Below are positions 13,141-24,176 of a stretch of DNA of 32,208 bases, in pieces; within the stretch, counting starts at the first letter, position 1; every line of letters begins with the position of its first letter. The notes under the pieces were generated by a model that searched no databases, had not been told where the DNA came from, and saw only the letters and a list, made by a program, of their open reading frames with translations. Where the stretch lies: contig JAPETS010000052.1 in assembly GCA_026023565.1 (NCBI GenBank), forward strand, positions 124,001 to 156,208, written 5' to 3'. The stretch comes from Cirrosporium novae-zelandiae (taxonomy: Eukaryota). A program made the translations under genes and the position numbers.

Positions 13141-14421
13141 ATGGCAGAGAAATATCTAGCAGAGGTATCGAGATTCAAGGATCAATACCTACAACTCTTT
13201 GATCCGGACTTGCTAATATTTCCACCTCCCGAGCTTCTTAAAAAAGAGAATATCCAAAATTCGCTCTACTCGGAGATATTCAAGGAAGGATCTTTGATAT
13301 ATGAACCTCCACCACGTTACAAATTTCGTGTGCTCAAGGATCTTATGACGAGGATTGAGAATGCTATAACCGACCCTGAGGAGGATGTATGCTTTCCTTA
13401 AACTTCTACTTTTACCATTTCCGCGCATTATCTAAAAACTGATAACACTACTCATCCCCCTAGGAAATCTCAGATGAATTGATGTCCTTATTGACAAATC
13501 TCCTAGCTGAACGACTACCTAGCGAACTAGACCAAGCACAACGACAATCATACGTTACATATACAGTCCCAAAGTCGTCTCTGAATGAACCCTCAAATCG
13601 CGTTACTATATTAGAATCAAGAAACCTCATCGCCACATCTGGAGGTACAGGCTATCGGACCTGGGAGGCTGCTCTTCACCTTGCCAATTACATCTGCTCA
13701 TCCGAAGGGAAAAAATCAGTGAAAGGGAAAAATATACTGGAACTAGGCGCTGGGACTGGGTTGCTATCGATCACTGCCACAAAATGCCTAGGTGCCAAAT
13801 TTGTACTGGCAACGGATGGCGATGATAATACCGTGGATAATATCGGAACTAATATTATCTTAAATAATTTCGGATGTCTTGGTATTAAGACCATCGAGGC
13901 TGCCACATTGAAGTGGGGCATGAGCTTGGATCAAAAGGTAAAAGGGGCTTGCGATTCTTACGATATCGTACTCGGGGCTGACATAGTAAGCATATTTCTT
14001 TCAAGTTTTTCTGGAGATCAGTGCTCCCCTACTGCTCAATAAGAAACGCCTACCTAGGTGTTTATTTCCCTAACTTGCCGTAGACATATGATCTTCGAAT
14101 CATTCCCCTTCTTGTCTCTACTCTTCGTGATCTTTTCGATGAATACCCTAATATTGAAGTCCTGATATCCGCAACCGTACGCAAAGAAGAAACAGTAGCT
14201 TGCTTCGTGAAGGCCTGTGGTGAGTGCATATTTAGTACTTTATCATTTCTTTGCTTGGCTAATATTGAATTTTAGAAACAAATGAATTCCTTGTTAAGTC
14301 TATTAGCCGTGATGTACCGCCATTAGCCCAACAAAGTGGCTTGTTTTACACATCAACAGTCCCAATCCGCATTTTCTCGATTCGTCGTTTGGCGCCTAAA
14401 AAGGACCCTTTCGCAATTTGA
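13141..14421 (+). CDS. EFM3: Protein-lysine N-methyltransferase of the EFM3/EEF2KMT (FAM86) family, 4 exons
   Basis: N-terminal PPPRYKFRVLK (FAM86-like), GTGYRTWEAALHL, ILELGAGTG (motif I), VLATDG and VLGADI|TYD. Introns at 13387-13463, 13986-14083 and 14220-14275; stop TGA 14419-14421. Confidence 0.85.
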
Positions 14422-14700
14422 TAGAACCAATTTAGCTTTTCTTCCAGTAACAATAAACTTAGTATACCCGAATCTTAGCTACTTGGGTGATCTCACCTAT
14501 TTCACCTTACGAATTATCGAGAAGATATAAAAGTTGAACTTTAATTCCAGTCCAAACCATGTTGAGTTACTATACATTTAATATGTCAAGCTGTATATAT
14601 AAAATATTATGGTACAATCTAGAGCATGTAATGATAGATAAATAGATAAATAGACAGTACATCCATCTGTTCTTCAGCAACAGGCACTATTTCCACGCTC

Positions 14701-16134
14701 CTAGTTTTTCCTACATTCGGGACAAAACCATTTTCCCTGGGGCTCCTTAGTCATCCCAACACAATTCCAATGGAACCACTCGTACGGACACGCAGGGTTA
14801 TCGCACGCAACCATATTCCCATAGCTGACACTCCGACAAGTACAATACTTCTTATCCTCGTCGCCTTCGGCGTCATCTTCACCCTCGCCCTCTGCGTCCT
14901 CATCCCCTGCATCTTCCATCTCATCCTGCGTCGACGCCCGCCGATGGCGACTATTGCTTCCTCCACCGACGACACCTCCCTGATAATGGGAATGCAAGTG
15001 CGAATGCGAGAGCGGAACGGAGGTGTCGGAGGCAACTTCACTGAGAATTGAGTCATCGTCCTCGTCGATACTAAGGTCGCCTGCAGGAGTGCCTTTGCGC
15101 TTGCGGGACGACCCCGAAGAGGTGGATTTGGTACCTTTGAGTTTACGGATCGCTGCGTGATGCGGCGCGAGTCTCTTGGACGCAGCTGTTTTCTTGGTAG
15201 TGGCGGCTGCGATCGTCGAGGAGCGAGGGCCTGCGCTCCCGCCACGAATGGATCCTGCTGGGGTGCCTGGTTTGGGGGTTGCAGGGCCGAGGGATGAGGT
15301 ACGGGTTAGACCCGAGGGGGGGAGTTGGAGAGCTGTGTTGAGGCGACGGCGTTTTGTGTTGGTGCCTGTGGAGGCGTCAGAGACTGGGGTTGCGGAGGAT
15401 TCGCGGTGGCGGTTGGTGATATGGAGGGTTTGATGGTGGGTAGGCGTTGGCGTGGAGGCATTGTGGGCTGTGGAGAGGGGGTGCGATGCGGATCGTTGGC
15501 TTATTGATGGTTGCTGGAGAAGACGGTTGAGAGCAGGGTTTCCTAAGGCGCTAGATAGCATGGATGAGGCAACCGGCGTGGAGGTGCCGGTAGAGGGATG
15601 CGTTGATAGTGAAGAAGAAACGAGGTTTGCGGGACTAGCGTGAAGGAGAGATGGTAATGGAGGATCTCGTGAAAGAGTGCCTTCGCGTTGGAGATCTCGA
15701 ATTTTCTGATCAAGCCGCTTGGTATGGCGGTCGAGCTAGACATATATCAATGTAGAGTCAAAAGATATAGATAGGGTTAACTTACGAGGAGGGCAGCCTT
15801 ATCAGTCAACGCAATTTTAGCAGTCTGTAACTCCTGTGCCTTTTCATAGTTTGCGAGTATTATTTTGTTGTACTGCTCCTCCTTTGGATGAGGGACGTGA
15901 CTACCGTTCAGTTTGATGTGCTTCTGAATGTTGCCATCCAGGTTGCGAATTATGCTTCTGCATTCTTGGATGATTTGATCTTTGGCTTGGATCTCTTCTA
16001 GGTAATGAGATATTTCGGCAGGTAGATTTGCAACTGAGATGCCTGTCAATACGAAAAGTTTGTATTTATATTTGATAGAGCATACCGTCAATGATAAAGT
16101 CCTCCAATACTGTTGCGGCATCCTCGGCCGTCAT
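14701..16134 (-). CDS. YNG2: ING-family PHD-finger chromatin reader (Yng2/ING3-like, NuA4 subunit), 3 exons
   Basis: [46 protein letters not shown] (ING N-terminal domain) and a C-terminal [41 protein letters not shown]. Introns at 16034-16085 and 15736-15785. Confidence 0.88.
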
Positions 16135-16882
16135 ATTCCGTATGTGGTCCGTGCGTAAGACGACAGAGAAGGAGAAGCAGAAGGACTTCTGACGTGAGAT
16201 AGAGAAAACGGAACTTCTCGCTCTGCAGATATCGCAAGAAAGAAATGAAAAGGAGAAGTTAGATTAACTACCTAGGTAGCTACTACTGCCTTCAGGTTGC
16301 TTGCAGTCTTGAAAAGCGCAATAATTACCACATAAATGATGACAGTGATAGACTTGAAGCTTGGATATAGGCGAAACAACGACAGAAAATCTCTGGCAGG
16401 ACGTCAAGAGAATCTTTAGATGTGTTGGTATCGTCGATTTAAAGGACGGTAGAGACAGTATCACTGGTAAAGGTGTTTTCAAAGACGGAGGCTTTGATGG
16501 AGTTGATGGAATGTCGTTGAAATCAAGTTTGCACTATTAGGCTTAGCGTTCAGCCTTACATATCTACATTCGCCACACCCAATATCAAATTCTTGAAAAC
16601 AGGTCATCTGGCTTCTATTTTTGGATCCGATTATTTTGATCCTCATTATCGCATGATTTTAAAGAATCATTCATATTCAAATTTACTCTTTCCCTCTTTC
16701 AATTGAAAGAGACTACAGTAAAATTTTGCTTGGTTGATGAAGACTGGGTATGCATCTAATAGGCGCTCGCTAGTGTTTCGAGCCGAATTCTGAACTCAAA
16801 GAAGACTTCAATACCACCATCATACATTCACTTTTGTTAACCTTCAAATCTTATTTATACCTCCTTCGCCGCTATATGCAAC

Positions 16883-18322
16883 ATGGGGAGATCAAGTCGC
16901 TCGAGCGTTGTCCAGGACTATAACTTCCCTCAACCTGGATCAACATCAACTCTAACACTTGATCAAAAAACCCAAAATGAGATCGCCCAAAGTCCAATAC
17001 CCCGACCGTCCGGTTATGATGTTTCTTGGCATTTCAACCCTGAAGTTGAGAGACACCACTTTGGCCAAACTCATCCTATGAAACCATGGCGTCTCACCCT
17101 CACTAAACAGCTTGTGATAGCTTACGGCATGTACGAAGCTATGGACCTCTATCTTACTCGTGCCGCCACACGCCAAGAAGTTGCCGAATTCCACAGAGAT
17201 GACTACATCGACTTCCTCCAAACCATTACACCGGCGAATATGGACAGCCTTCCAGATCTTGAGGGGACGTTCCGTACTTACAACTTTGGTGACGATTGCC
17301 CTGTATTTGACGGCCTTTGGAATTATTGTACGTTGTATGCAGGTGCCTCGGTTGATGCTGCCCGTAAGCTGTGTAATGATCAGTCCCAAATTGCCATCAA
17401 CTGGTCTGGAGGCCTTCATCATGCCAAAAAGGGCGAAGCTTCGGGCTTTTGTTATATCAACGACATCGTACTTAGCATCCTGCAGCTCCTTCGAATACAC
17501 CCTCGCGTCCTCTACATCGACATTGACGTCCATCATGGAGATGGCGTCGAACAGGCATTTTGGTCTACTGATCGTGTCCTCACCCTATCCTTCCACAAAT
17601 ACGATGGCGAGAATTTCTTCCCTGCCACTGGACCACTGGATTCAACCGGGCCTACCAATCCCCTCAACCCAGGCGCACATCACGCCCTCAATGTCCCCCT
17701 CAATGACGGGATCGAAGACGACAGTTACATTGAACTATTCAAAGCAATAGTTGGTCCCGTCATCGGCACCTACCACCCATCAGCCATTGTCCTTCAATGC
17801 GGTGCCGATTCCCTGGGGTGCGACCGGCTAGGCTGCTTTAACCTTAACATTCGCGCCCATGGGGCCTGCGCGGCTTTCGTCAAGTCCTTCAAGCTCCCAA
17901 TGCTTGTTCTTGGCGGAGGAGGCTACACTCCTCGTAATGTCGCGCGACTATGGGCGCACGAAACATCCATCATGATTGAAGCTTCCGATCGAATTTCCGA
18001 ACAAATTCCCACGCACACACCCGCTCTGGCTCTCAATGCCTTCCAACCCGAAGGGCCCACGCTTTTCCCCAAACTGACAGGTAGGCACGCAAATCACAAT
18101 ACGAGAGAGTACTTACATAGTCTCGTCGAGGCAATACACGAGCAACTGAGGTATTTGAAAGGGGCGCCAAGTACGCAGCTGCAGGTAATTCCACCGGACC
18201 TGATGGGCTTGAGAGAAGAAGTTGAGGATGAGTTAGCAGAAGGTAAGGAAGATCGGGAAGAAGAGAGAAAGAGGAGGGAACGAGGCGTCGGGACTAAGGG
18301 ATGTGTGATAGGCCTGGCGTAA
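16883..18322 (+). CDS. HOS2: Class I histone deacetylase, Hos2/HosA type (intronless)
   Basis: HFGQTHPMKPWRLTLTKQL (Hos2-type), GGLHHAKK..SGFCYINDIV, DIDVHHGDGV, QCGADSLGCDRLGCFNL and GGGGYT catalytic motifs are intact. Confidence 0.93.
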   Translation: MGRSSRSSVVQDYNFPQPGSTSTLTLDQKTQNEIAQSPIPRPSGYDVSWHFNPEVERHHFGQTHPMKPWRLTLTKQLVIAYGMYEAMDLYLTRAATRQEVAEFHRDDYIDFLQTITPANMDSLPDLEGTFRTYNFGDDCPVFDGLWNYCTLYAGASVDAARKLCNDQSQIAINWSGGLHHAKKGEASGFCYINDIVLSILQLLRIHPRVLYIDIDVHHGDGVEQAFWSTDRVLTLSFHKYDGENFFPATGPLDSTGPTNPLNPGAHHALNVPLNDGIEDDSYIELFKAIVGPVIGTYHPSAIVLQCGADSLGCDRLGCFNLNIRAHGACAAFVKSFKLPMLVLGGGGYTPRNVARLWAHETSIMIEASDRISEQIPTHTPALALNAFQPEGPTLFPKLTGRHANHNTREYLHSLVEAIHEQLRYLKGAPSTQLQVIPPDLMGLREEVEDELAEGKEDREEERKRRERGVGTKGCVIGLA

Positions 18323-18820
18323 AAGCCTATGCACTTAAACCATGGTATGATCTCGAGATTTTGGAGATTATTGCAATTAGGAAAGGAGGAGTAAGCTTTC
18401 TAGGCGTTGTGCGTGAAAGTGATGATAGACGCTTAAATGCGCTGAATAAGGACAAGGCATACCTTAGTTGTGCTCCACATGGCGTTGTTCAATGGACGGA
18501 CACTACGGCGTTTTGGAAAGGAAATAAGGGAGTGAAGGCAGGGTCTGGATTGTTTATTCTACGAGGAAGATACTAGTTGGATAAAGCTCTCGTGAAGGTG
18601 TATTATAGCTTTGTGTTCTGTACCTAAAGAACGTGAGTAACTTGATGTGAATACCGTGAAGCAAGTCTCATTGATTGGAAGCCATTTCCAAACAACACAC
18701 GAAGTCAAACCGACCCATATCAGTTCGCACTCGCCCCATAACTCTACCGCACTCCGACCTAGTCAACACATGACCCCACGCCCTCCCTTAAATAATCGCT
18801 TAACATCCCCTCTTTCAACG

Positions 18821-18909
18821 GCCCTAGTAGTTCAGTTGGCAGAATCTCACAGTATCTGTGCTTGCACACGACTCTTGTGAAGACGTCGGTTCGAATCCGA
18901 CCGTGGGCG
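18821..18909 (+). tRNA. Atypical intron-containing tRNA gene, Asp-like, apparent anticodon ATC (possibly non-canonical or pseudo)
   Basis: Cloverleaf: acceptor GCCCTAG/CGTGGGC (2 mismatches), D arm GTTC-AGTTGGCA-GAAT, anticodon stem TCACA/TGTGA, variable AGAC, T arm GTCGG-TTCGAAT-CCGAC, discriminator G. A and B boxes are intact. Removing a 17-nt intron (18858-18874) gives 72 nt with loop G-T-ATC-T-T. Confidence 0.75.
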
Positions 18910-19305
18910 CCTCAAGAATTATACACTGCACGTTATATTTCATGGGAGGAAAACACCGGTGATTCGGGTTTTCATAGGATGCCTCTAATCTGCGATTAAG
19001 CGGGAGTACATCTGAACTTTTTGTCATTTCTTCCTCTGAATTTTTTTTCTTCCCCTCTCTAGTTAGCTAAATGTAAGGTGAATGAATGAACGAGTCTTTT
19101 TTTTCAAGATATTATAACGACAACTCTATAACTATGATATAAGGATAAGGATACAAAAACAATCTCCCTGTCTCCGAATCCTACAATCGCAATCGACCAA
19201 CAAACCATCCCCCTCCCCCATCTATACCCATAATCGCCCATCCTCAAACATCAAAGGAAAAGAAAAAAATATATCAAACTCCAATACCCCCCCCCACAGC
19301 CACAC

Positions 19306-19779
19306 TCAATCATGGTCCATAGAATAGCCGTCGGAGTCTGGATAGTCTGAATCGTCAGAGTCACTACTCCCATATTTATCATTTCCAGTACAGCTCAATG
19401 CCAGCAGCCGAACCGGCAGGTAGAGAATCCTGGCCATTTCTCCCGCCTCTAGTAGCAAAATTGCCCAGGCCCCCATGAAGACGGACCAGACGACATTGCA
19501 GCAGGATATTGGGGTGCCGCTTGAACTTGGCTGGGATGTGGTGGTTGTGGTTGTTTGGTGGTGATCAGAGGAAGAAGTGGAGAGGTTGCTGGCCTGGGGA
19601 AAGAAAGAAGGGTTAGGCTATTTATTAGAAGGCTGCTAGCTTGTTTGAGAGGTTCGAGGGGGTGTTGTGTTGGACCAAATGGTGGGAGGGAAACTCACAT
19701 GTGTGAGATTTACGAATAAGATGAAAGCCAGGAAGGATTTGAATTTGACATGAGGTGGAGAACGTAATGTGGAGCTCAT
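19306..19779 (-). CDS. Small orphan protein (~122 aa), putative signal/anchor + S/T-rich stalk + hydrophobic segment + acidic tail, 2 exons
   Basis: Exon 19779-19699, intron 19698-19594 (GTGAGT..CTAAC..CCCCAG), exon 19593-19306 in frame: MSSTLRSPPHVKFKSFLAFILFVNLTH|ASNLSTSSSDHHQTTTTTTSQPSSSGTPISCCNVVWSVFMGAWAILLLEAG..SDSDDSDYPDSDGYSMDHD*. Confidence 0.6.
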
Positions 19780-20460
19780 GCTCGCTGTATTTAGGGACGG
19801 CTTACCGAGGGTATGGTACGGTTTCAATGGTAACAAAAGGACAAATTTAAGAAGTTCAAGGGGTTCCCGACACCTTATGAATTCAAAAAAAACCTTAGGG
19901 ATGAGAGAGACGCTTGAATATCTTGAGCTGGACGAAAAAGGGAATCGATTTATTTTAGTTATCTTTTTTGCATTTGTTAGGGTGGAAAGGAAGGTGGTCG
20001 TAGCTGTGAGATGAGTTGGAGCTCAGGAAAGAATTAATGTCATGACGCAACTGACTGACTGACTGCGCTTGCCAGCGCTTCTCTGGTATCTTGTTCATTT
20101 TTGAATGAATGTCTCCTTATTATTCGTTCTCTACTCGTGTGGTATATATATATACCTTCCCTTCTCTTGGGAGTAAGTTGACATAGGCATCTAGGCTAGT
20201 ATTCTATTTACATGCGAAGAAGTTAAACAGAGGAGTTTAATCTCCCACGTTTCATTTAACTCTCATGTATAGACTATATAAGTAATGAGATTTGGAATTG
20301 AAATTGAACATGGGATTGGGGAATAGGCTTTTTTGGCAAATGTTGATGATGTTTGGGGGAGGTCTCTAGGGAAAATGAATGAGTACTAAGGTGGGAATGG
20401 CTGAAGCATGTGTGTTTGAGTTTTTGATTTTTTGTATTAGAAGATTCATTCGCTTGTCCT

Positions 20461-20506
20461 ATCCATCTACCTCATCCATCTACCTTATCCATCCATCCAT
20501 CCATCC
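20461..20506 (+). repeat. (ATCC)n microsatellite with 13-bp duplicated unit
   Basis: atccatctacctc atccatctacctt, followed by (atcc)5. Confidence 0.8.
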
Positions 20507-20620
20507 TAGGCAGGATGTAGTGTGTATTACTTGAATAAATATAATACTTTTCAAAAGAGAAGAAACGAAAGAAAAGAAACGCCCATCCATATCATAAAAT
20601 CGTTGGTCTTAGATCTTCCC

Positions 20621-21003
20621 TTACTTTCTTGAGAAACAGAGCGCTTTCTTCATCCATCTGTAGGCGATACGCATATATGTTAGTCGGAATAATCAAAATT
20701 TTTATAAATGAATGAAGCATGGTATGTAATACCTTAGAGAGGAGTTGGTTTTTACTCACCTAAGCTTGAAAAATTTCTTAACTTTGGCACCTAAGGGGGC
20801 CTTTGGTGGTGGATGGGGTGGAGGCATAGGATTTCCCTGTCGCTCGTCACGTTAGCTCGATTATATTTGGAGTGAGAAATAGGTAGCCGTTTGATATGAC
20901 GTGCCCGTATTAGTAACTCGTACGGGATGGAGCCATTAAGGGGGCCCATGTACCCCTGAAATTCGATTTCGATTAGGTCGAGGCTATTTGGGGGAGGTGC
21001 CAT
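20621..21003 (-). CDS. Small orphan protein (~70 aa), Pro-rich with basic C-terminus, 3 exons (first intron probably GC-AG)
   Basis: Exon 21003-20905; intron 20904-20837 (CGG|GCACGT..GCTAAC..ACAG); exon 20836-20760; intron 20759-20658 (AG|GTGAGT..CTAAC..TACAG); exon 20657-20621. Product: MAPPPNSLDLIEIEFQGYMGPLNGSIPYELLIRGNPMPPPHPPPKAPLGAKVKKFFKLRWMKKALCFSRK*. Confidence 0.5.
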
Positions 21004-21099
21004 GTGGTGGATCGTTTGTGGTATTTAGATGTTTGTAGTGTATTGCATTTATGCTTTGTAGTTTGTGATTTGTAAAGTTCCTGTAGAAAGCAAGTTGGA

Positions 21100-21760
21100 T
21101 GAATGGTAGAAGTAAATGTGAATGAGGCCTTGCTTTGCTCTGAAATGAAGGAGGGTTCTCCCTCGTGTGGAATGCTTCAATATTTAGACCAGGAGACAGC
21201 TGAAACCCTCAATCCCACTGTGATTGAGGGCCCCTTTGTTGAAGAAACCTGCATACAATGCATAAAAGCCGGCTCGATCACGAATCGAGATTCTATCCAA
21301 CCATCATAATCTTGCTTGATGGTCATCTCTAGAGCTTATGACAATATCCTGTTCGGAGGCCTTGCCTACTCTTTTCCTACGTACTTTGGGGGGTTGACAC
21401 AAGCCATTAAGGATTCCGTTCATAAACAGCACTAACTTATCCATCTCCTCATCTTCTTCTTTTCTTTTTTCTCTAGCAGCAATGGGGCAATTGGGCGTGC
21501 CTTCCAGCACCCCTTGTACCATGCAGTAGTGTAGTAGAGTTGTGCTAAAAAAAATACAGCTCTACAAGTGCTCCAATTTTTGATGGCTACCACCTTTTTT
21601 CATTGATATCTCACTTGATGAGGGAGCTCAGAGAAAAGAGAATTGTTCTCATGTATTCTAAATCTTGGAACTGAAGGTTGAGGATGTTTCTCGACGTTGA
21701 GCTTAGGGATATCCTGCAATAATACAAAAGTCTTCGACAACATGCCAGTCTCCAACATGT
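21100..21760 (-). pseudogene. Decayed unknown gene, paralogous to the relic at 22573-24089
   Basis: One frame runs through the 21304-21522 ORF with scattered stops. Segment 21249-21318 aligns with 23261-23329 (+). Boundaries are approximate. Confidence 0.5.
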
Positions 21761-22245
21761 CCTTTGTACAGCAGTTTAAGCAGATAGAAAAGTCGATATA
21801 AGAGTTAGTCGTTCTTTTTCCCGGAAACCAGTCAGGGGACGGTTATAAGAGCGTATACTGGCCAGTCATGATAGTTGTTAGTGGCTAACCCAATGTTAGA
21901 GTTGCGAGAGAGTAAACCGCAGTATTTTATCTACTCTTGGGCTCGAGGAAAAACCAAGTAAACTTTCTTGTGGTTAATATGCCATAGAGTACATGACTAA
22001 ATGGACCTTTTGAGCAACTCAGAGGAGTAACACGATTATCCCTTAGTCTCTTAAAATGTCTTGTAGTTGCCTATTACGGAGCGTGAAGTCTGCGATTTCA
22101 CTCATGTCGAAGTTATGCTAGGAAAAAAGCATTCATGTCTGAGGAAAGGCAGGGCAGGGGTCGATCACTTGACAACCTACATGCTAAATGTCCTCTAAAG
22201 TTTTTCTTTGTGGCTTGCTGTACGTCTACCTCTTCATCCATCAAT

Positions 22246-22309
22246 ATTCACGACCATCGATATTCACGATTATTCGACATTCACGATTATCGACACTCAC
22301 AACTATCAT
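22246..22309 (+). repeat. Minisatellite, ~16-bp unit x4
   Basis: ATTCACGACCATCGAT / ATTCACGATTATTCGAC / ATTCACGATTATCGAC / ACTCACAACTATCAT, followed by a CTTTT/CTT tract (22326-22365). Confidence 0.75.
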
Positions 22310-22572
22310 AAAAACTCGTTCAGTATCTTCTTTTTCTTTTTCTTTTCTTCTTCTTCTTCTTTTTCAACCAGCTTCTTCAACCATACAGTTCATATCTATT
22401 CTCTAGTCAACCGGAAAGAGTCGCAGGATCTATTTTCAATCATCTCTTAGCTAAGTTAGGGCGAGCTCCCCGTCTCGACGTTCTATCTTACTTGAATGCC
22501 TGAGCTGGCACTGCTTAAACGGACTTGAAGCTGAGAAGGTATTGTTGGAAAATAGGATCTTCCGAAAAGACC

Positions 22573-24089
22573 ATGTCGGGTAAGTGCTGCGTCCCAGGTT
22601 TTCCCCATCACGGTTTTGTCTAATCGATGTTTTAGTCTAGGAGAAAGGTCGACACCGGCCTCTTGTGGAGAAGACAGCGTAGCCTCCTGCTAGTTCTATC
22701 ACCTTCTACAGGGTTAATGGAAGGGATTTGAAATTTCTGACCTTTGATGATACAGAGTTTCGATGCTAGAATAACTAAAGTGGGCACTCCAGTATCTCAC
22801 TGCCTCTGTGATTTTGTGTATCGTTCTTTATTAAATTTATCCAAAATATTCTAGTTATACTATCTAGTCTTGGCACGGCATCTTCCGAGATCCTTAACAG
22901 AAACCACACCTCGGGCACGGCTAGATCATGTGACCATGCACCCAGTCCATGCTTGCACCCTTTAAATATTCAGATTGAACGACCAACTATTCATGCTGAA
23001 TTGTCCCTTCAATATCCAGTACTATTGTTTGAAGTCCTCTTGGTGAGGTCTCTCTTTCATATCACCAAAGACTCCTAAGAAGGACGAAGCCTGTAGCCAG
23101 GTTAGAGACCTAGCAACCAAACTAGTTCGCGAGAAAAGGGCATTCAGATTCCCGAATGCTCCTCTAGGTGATACTGGGATGGAAACATTGATCGTTCAAG
23201 CTCAAGCCATCACTTTCACTAGATCAACAAGGAATCCTAACGGCCTATCAAATCATGATGAGCAAGGAAGATGATGCTTGAGTAGGATCACAATCCATGA
23301 TCGAGTTGGCTTTTATATATTTTATGCAGACGTTGATGTCGATTTGAGCGACACTATATATTCCTCTGCACCGCGCGCAGAGGATCACACAGATCCAAGC
23401 ATACCTATCGGAACTAGCGGCACCAAGACCCTTATATGCTCCCTAGAAATTCAAGCCGAGCTTCCTACACGAGAATAATATACGATACTTCAGGACTGCG
23501 GAGAATCTCTTGGGTGATTGCATCAGAAAGAGGGGAGCTCTCCTGGTGAGGGGGTTTATCTCTTCCAGGACCTAGCTGAGGATTGTTTTGTGAAACAAGA
23601 ATCAGCTGGGTCTAGGGCAGAGAAGACCCTGCTCGCTAGGCTCCCATCTTCTTGGAGGCCAAGCACTATCTAGGGTGACGCAAAATCCAAATGCTGGAAG
23701 AGAATTTCCAAAAAGCGAGTTTATAAAAGACTTTAGCAAACAAGTATTCGTTCGATATTAGTATCAAATAGAGCAACTTCTCAAGGCTTAAGATAGAAAA
23801 AGGTATGTTTTGTATCAGCTTTTTCTTGAAATGGTATTTTTCCAACGGGTTTAACTTCATCAGCAGGGTTAAACGTGCAGGCGGTTTCTTGTGAGCAGAA
23901 CTTTAGAGACATAGGCCGCGGGAAAGGCATACGCCGAAAACTTTTGCTGGAATCGGGGTCATTGGATTGACATTAACAGAAGCTGAAATAGGGGAAAGAG
24001 TCGAAGAAACCAAAAGGCAGACATTCGAAGACCATGTCGTTCGGCCAAGAATCGAGGAGTTTCTAAAGATTAATAAGATTACTTCTTAG
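22573..24089 (+). pseudogene. Decayed multi-exon gene of unknown family
   Basis: ATG TCG G|GTAAGT intron 22580-22635 and a later intron 23803-23866 (AG|GTATGT..CAGCAG). Protein-like frames are interrupted by many TAG/TAA/TGA codons. Confidence 0.55.
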
Positions 24090-24176
24090 AAAAACTATAC
24101 TTCCGGCAGTCGTGAAGACTATTTAGCGCATAAATAATTTAGAAAATAACAAACAGTTGGCGCAAATTTCGGTAGA

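Noticed and set aside
16952..17750. 194-aa antisense and 196-aa alternative-frame ORFs over HOS2 (similar shadows over YNG2, UAP1 and PPIL4)
   Set aside because: Shadow ORFs of GC-richer coding sequence with no recognisable motifs.
18821..18909. Reading the tRNA as selenocysteine/suppressor (GCCC...GGGCG ends, internal TCA), or as Val-CAC, His-GTG, Ala-TGC or Lys-CTT
   Set aside because: None of those triplets sits in a 7-nt loop on a good stem without destroying the D arm, and the stem lengths are standard 7/5 rather than Sec-type.
22246..22309. Possible CRISPR-like repeat array
   Set aside because: The units are contiguous with no unique spacers, the context is eukaryotic and there are no cas genes; it is an ordinary minisatellite.
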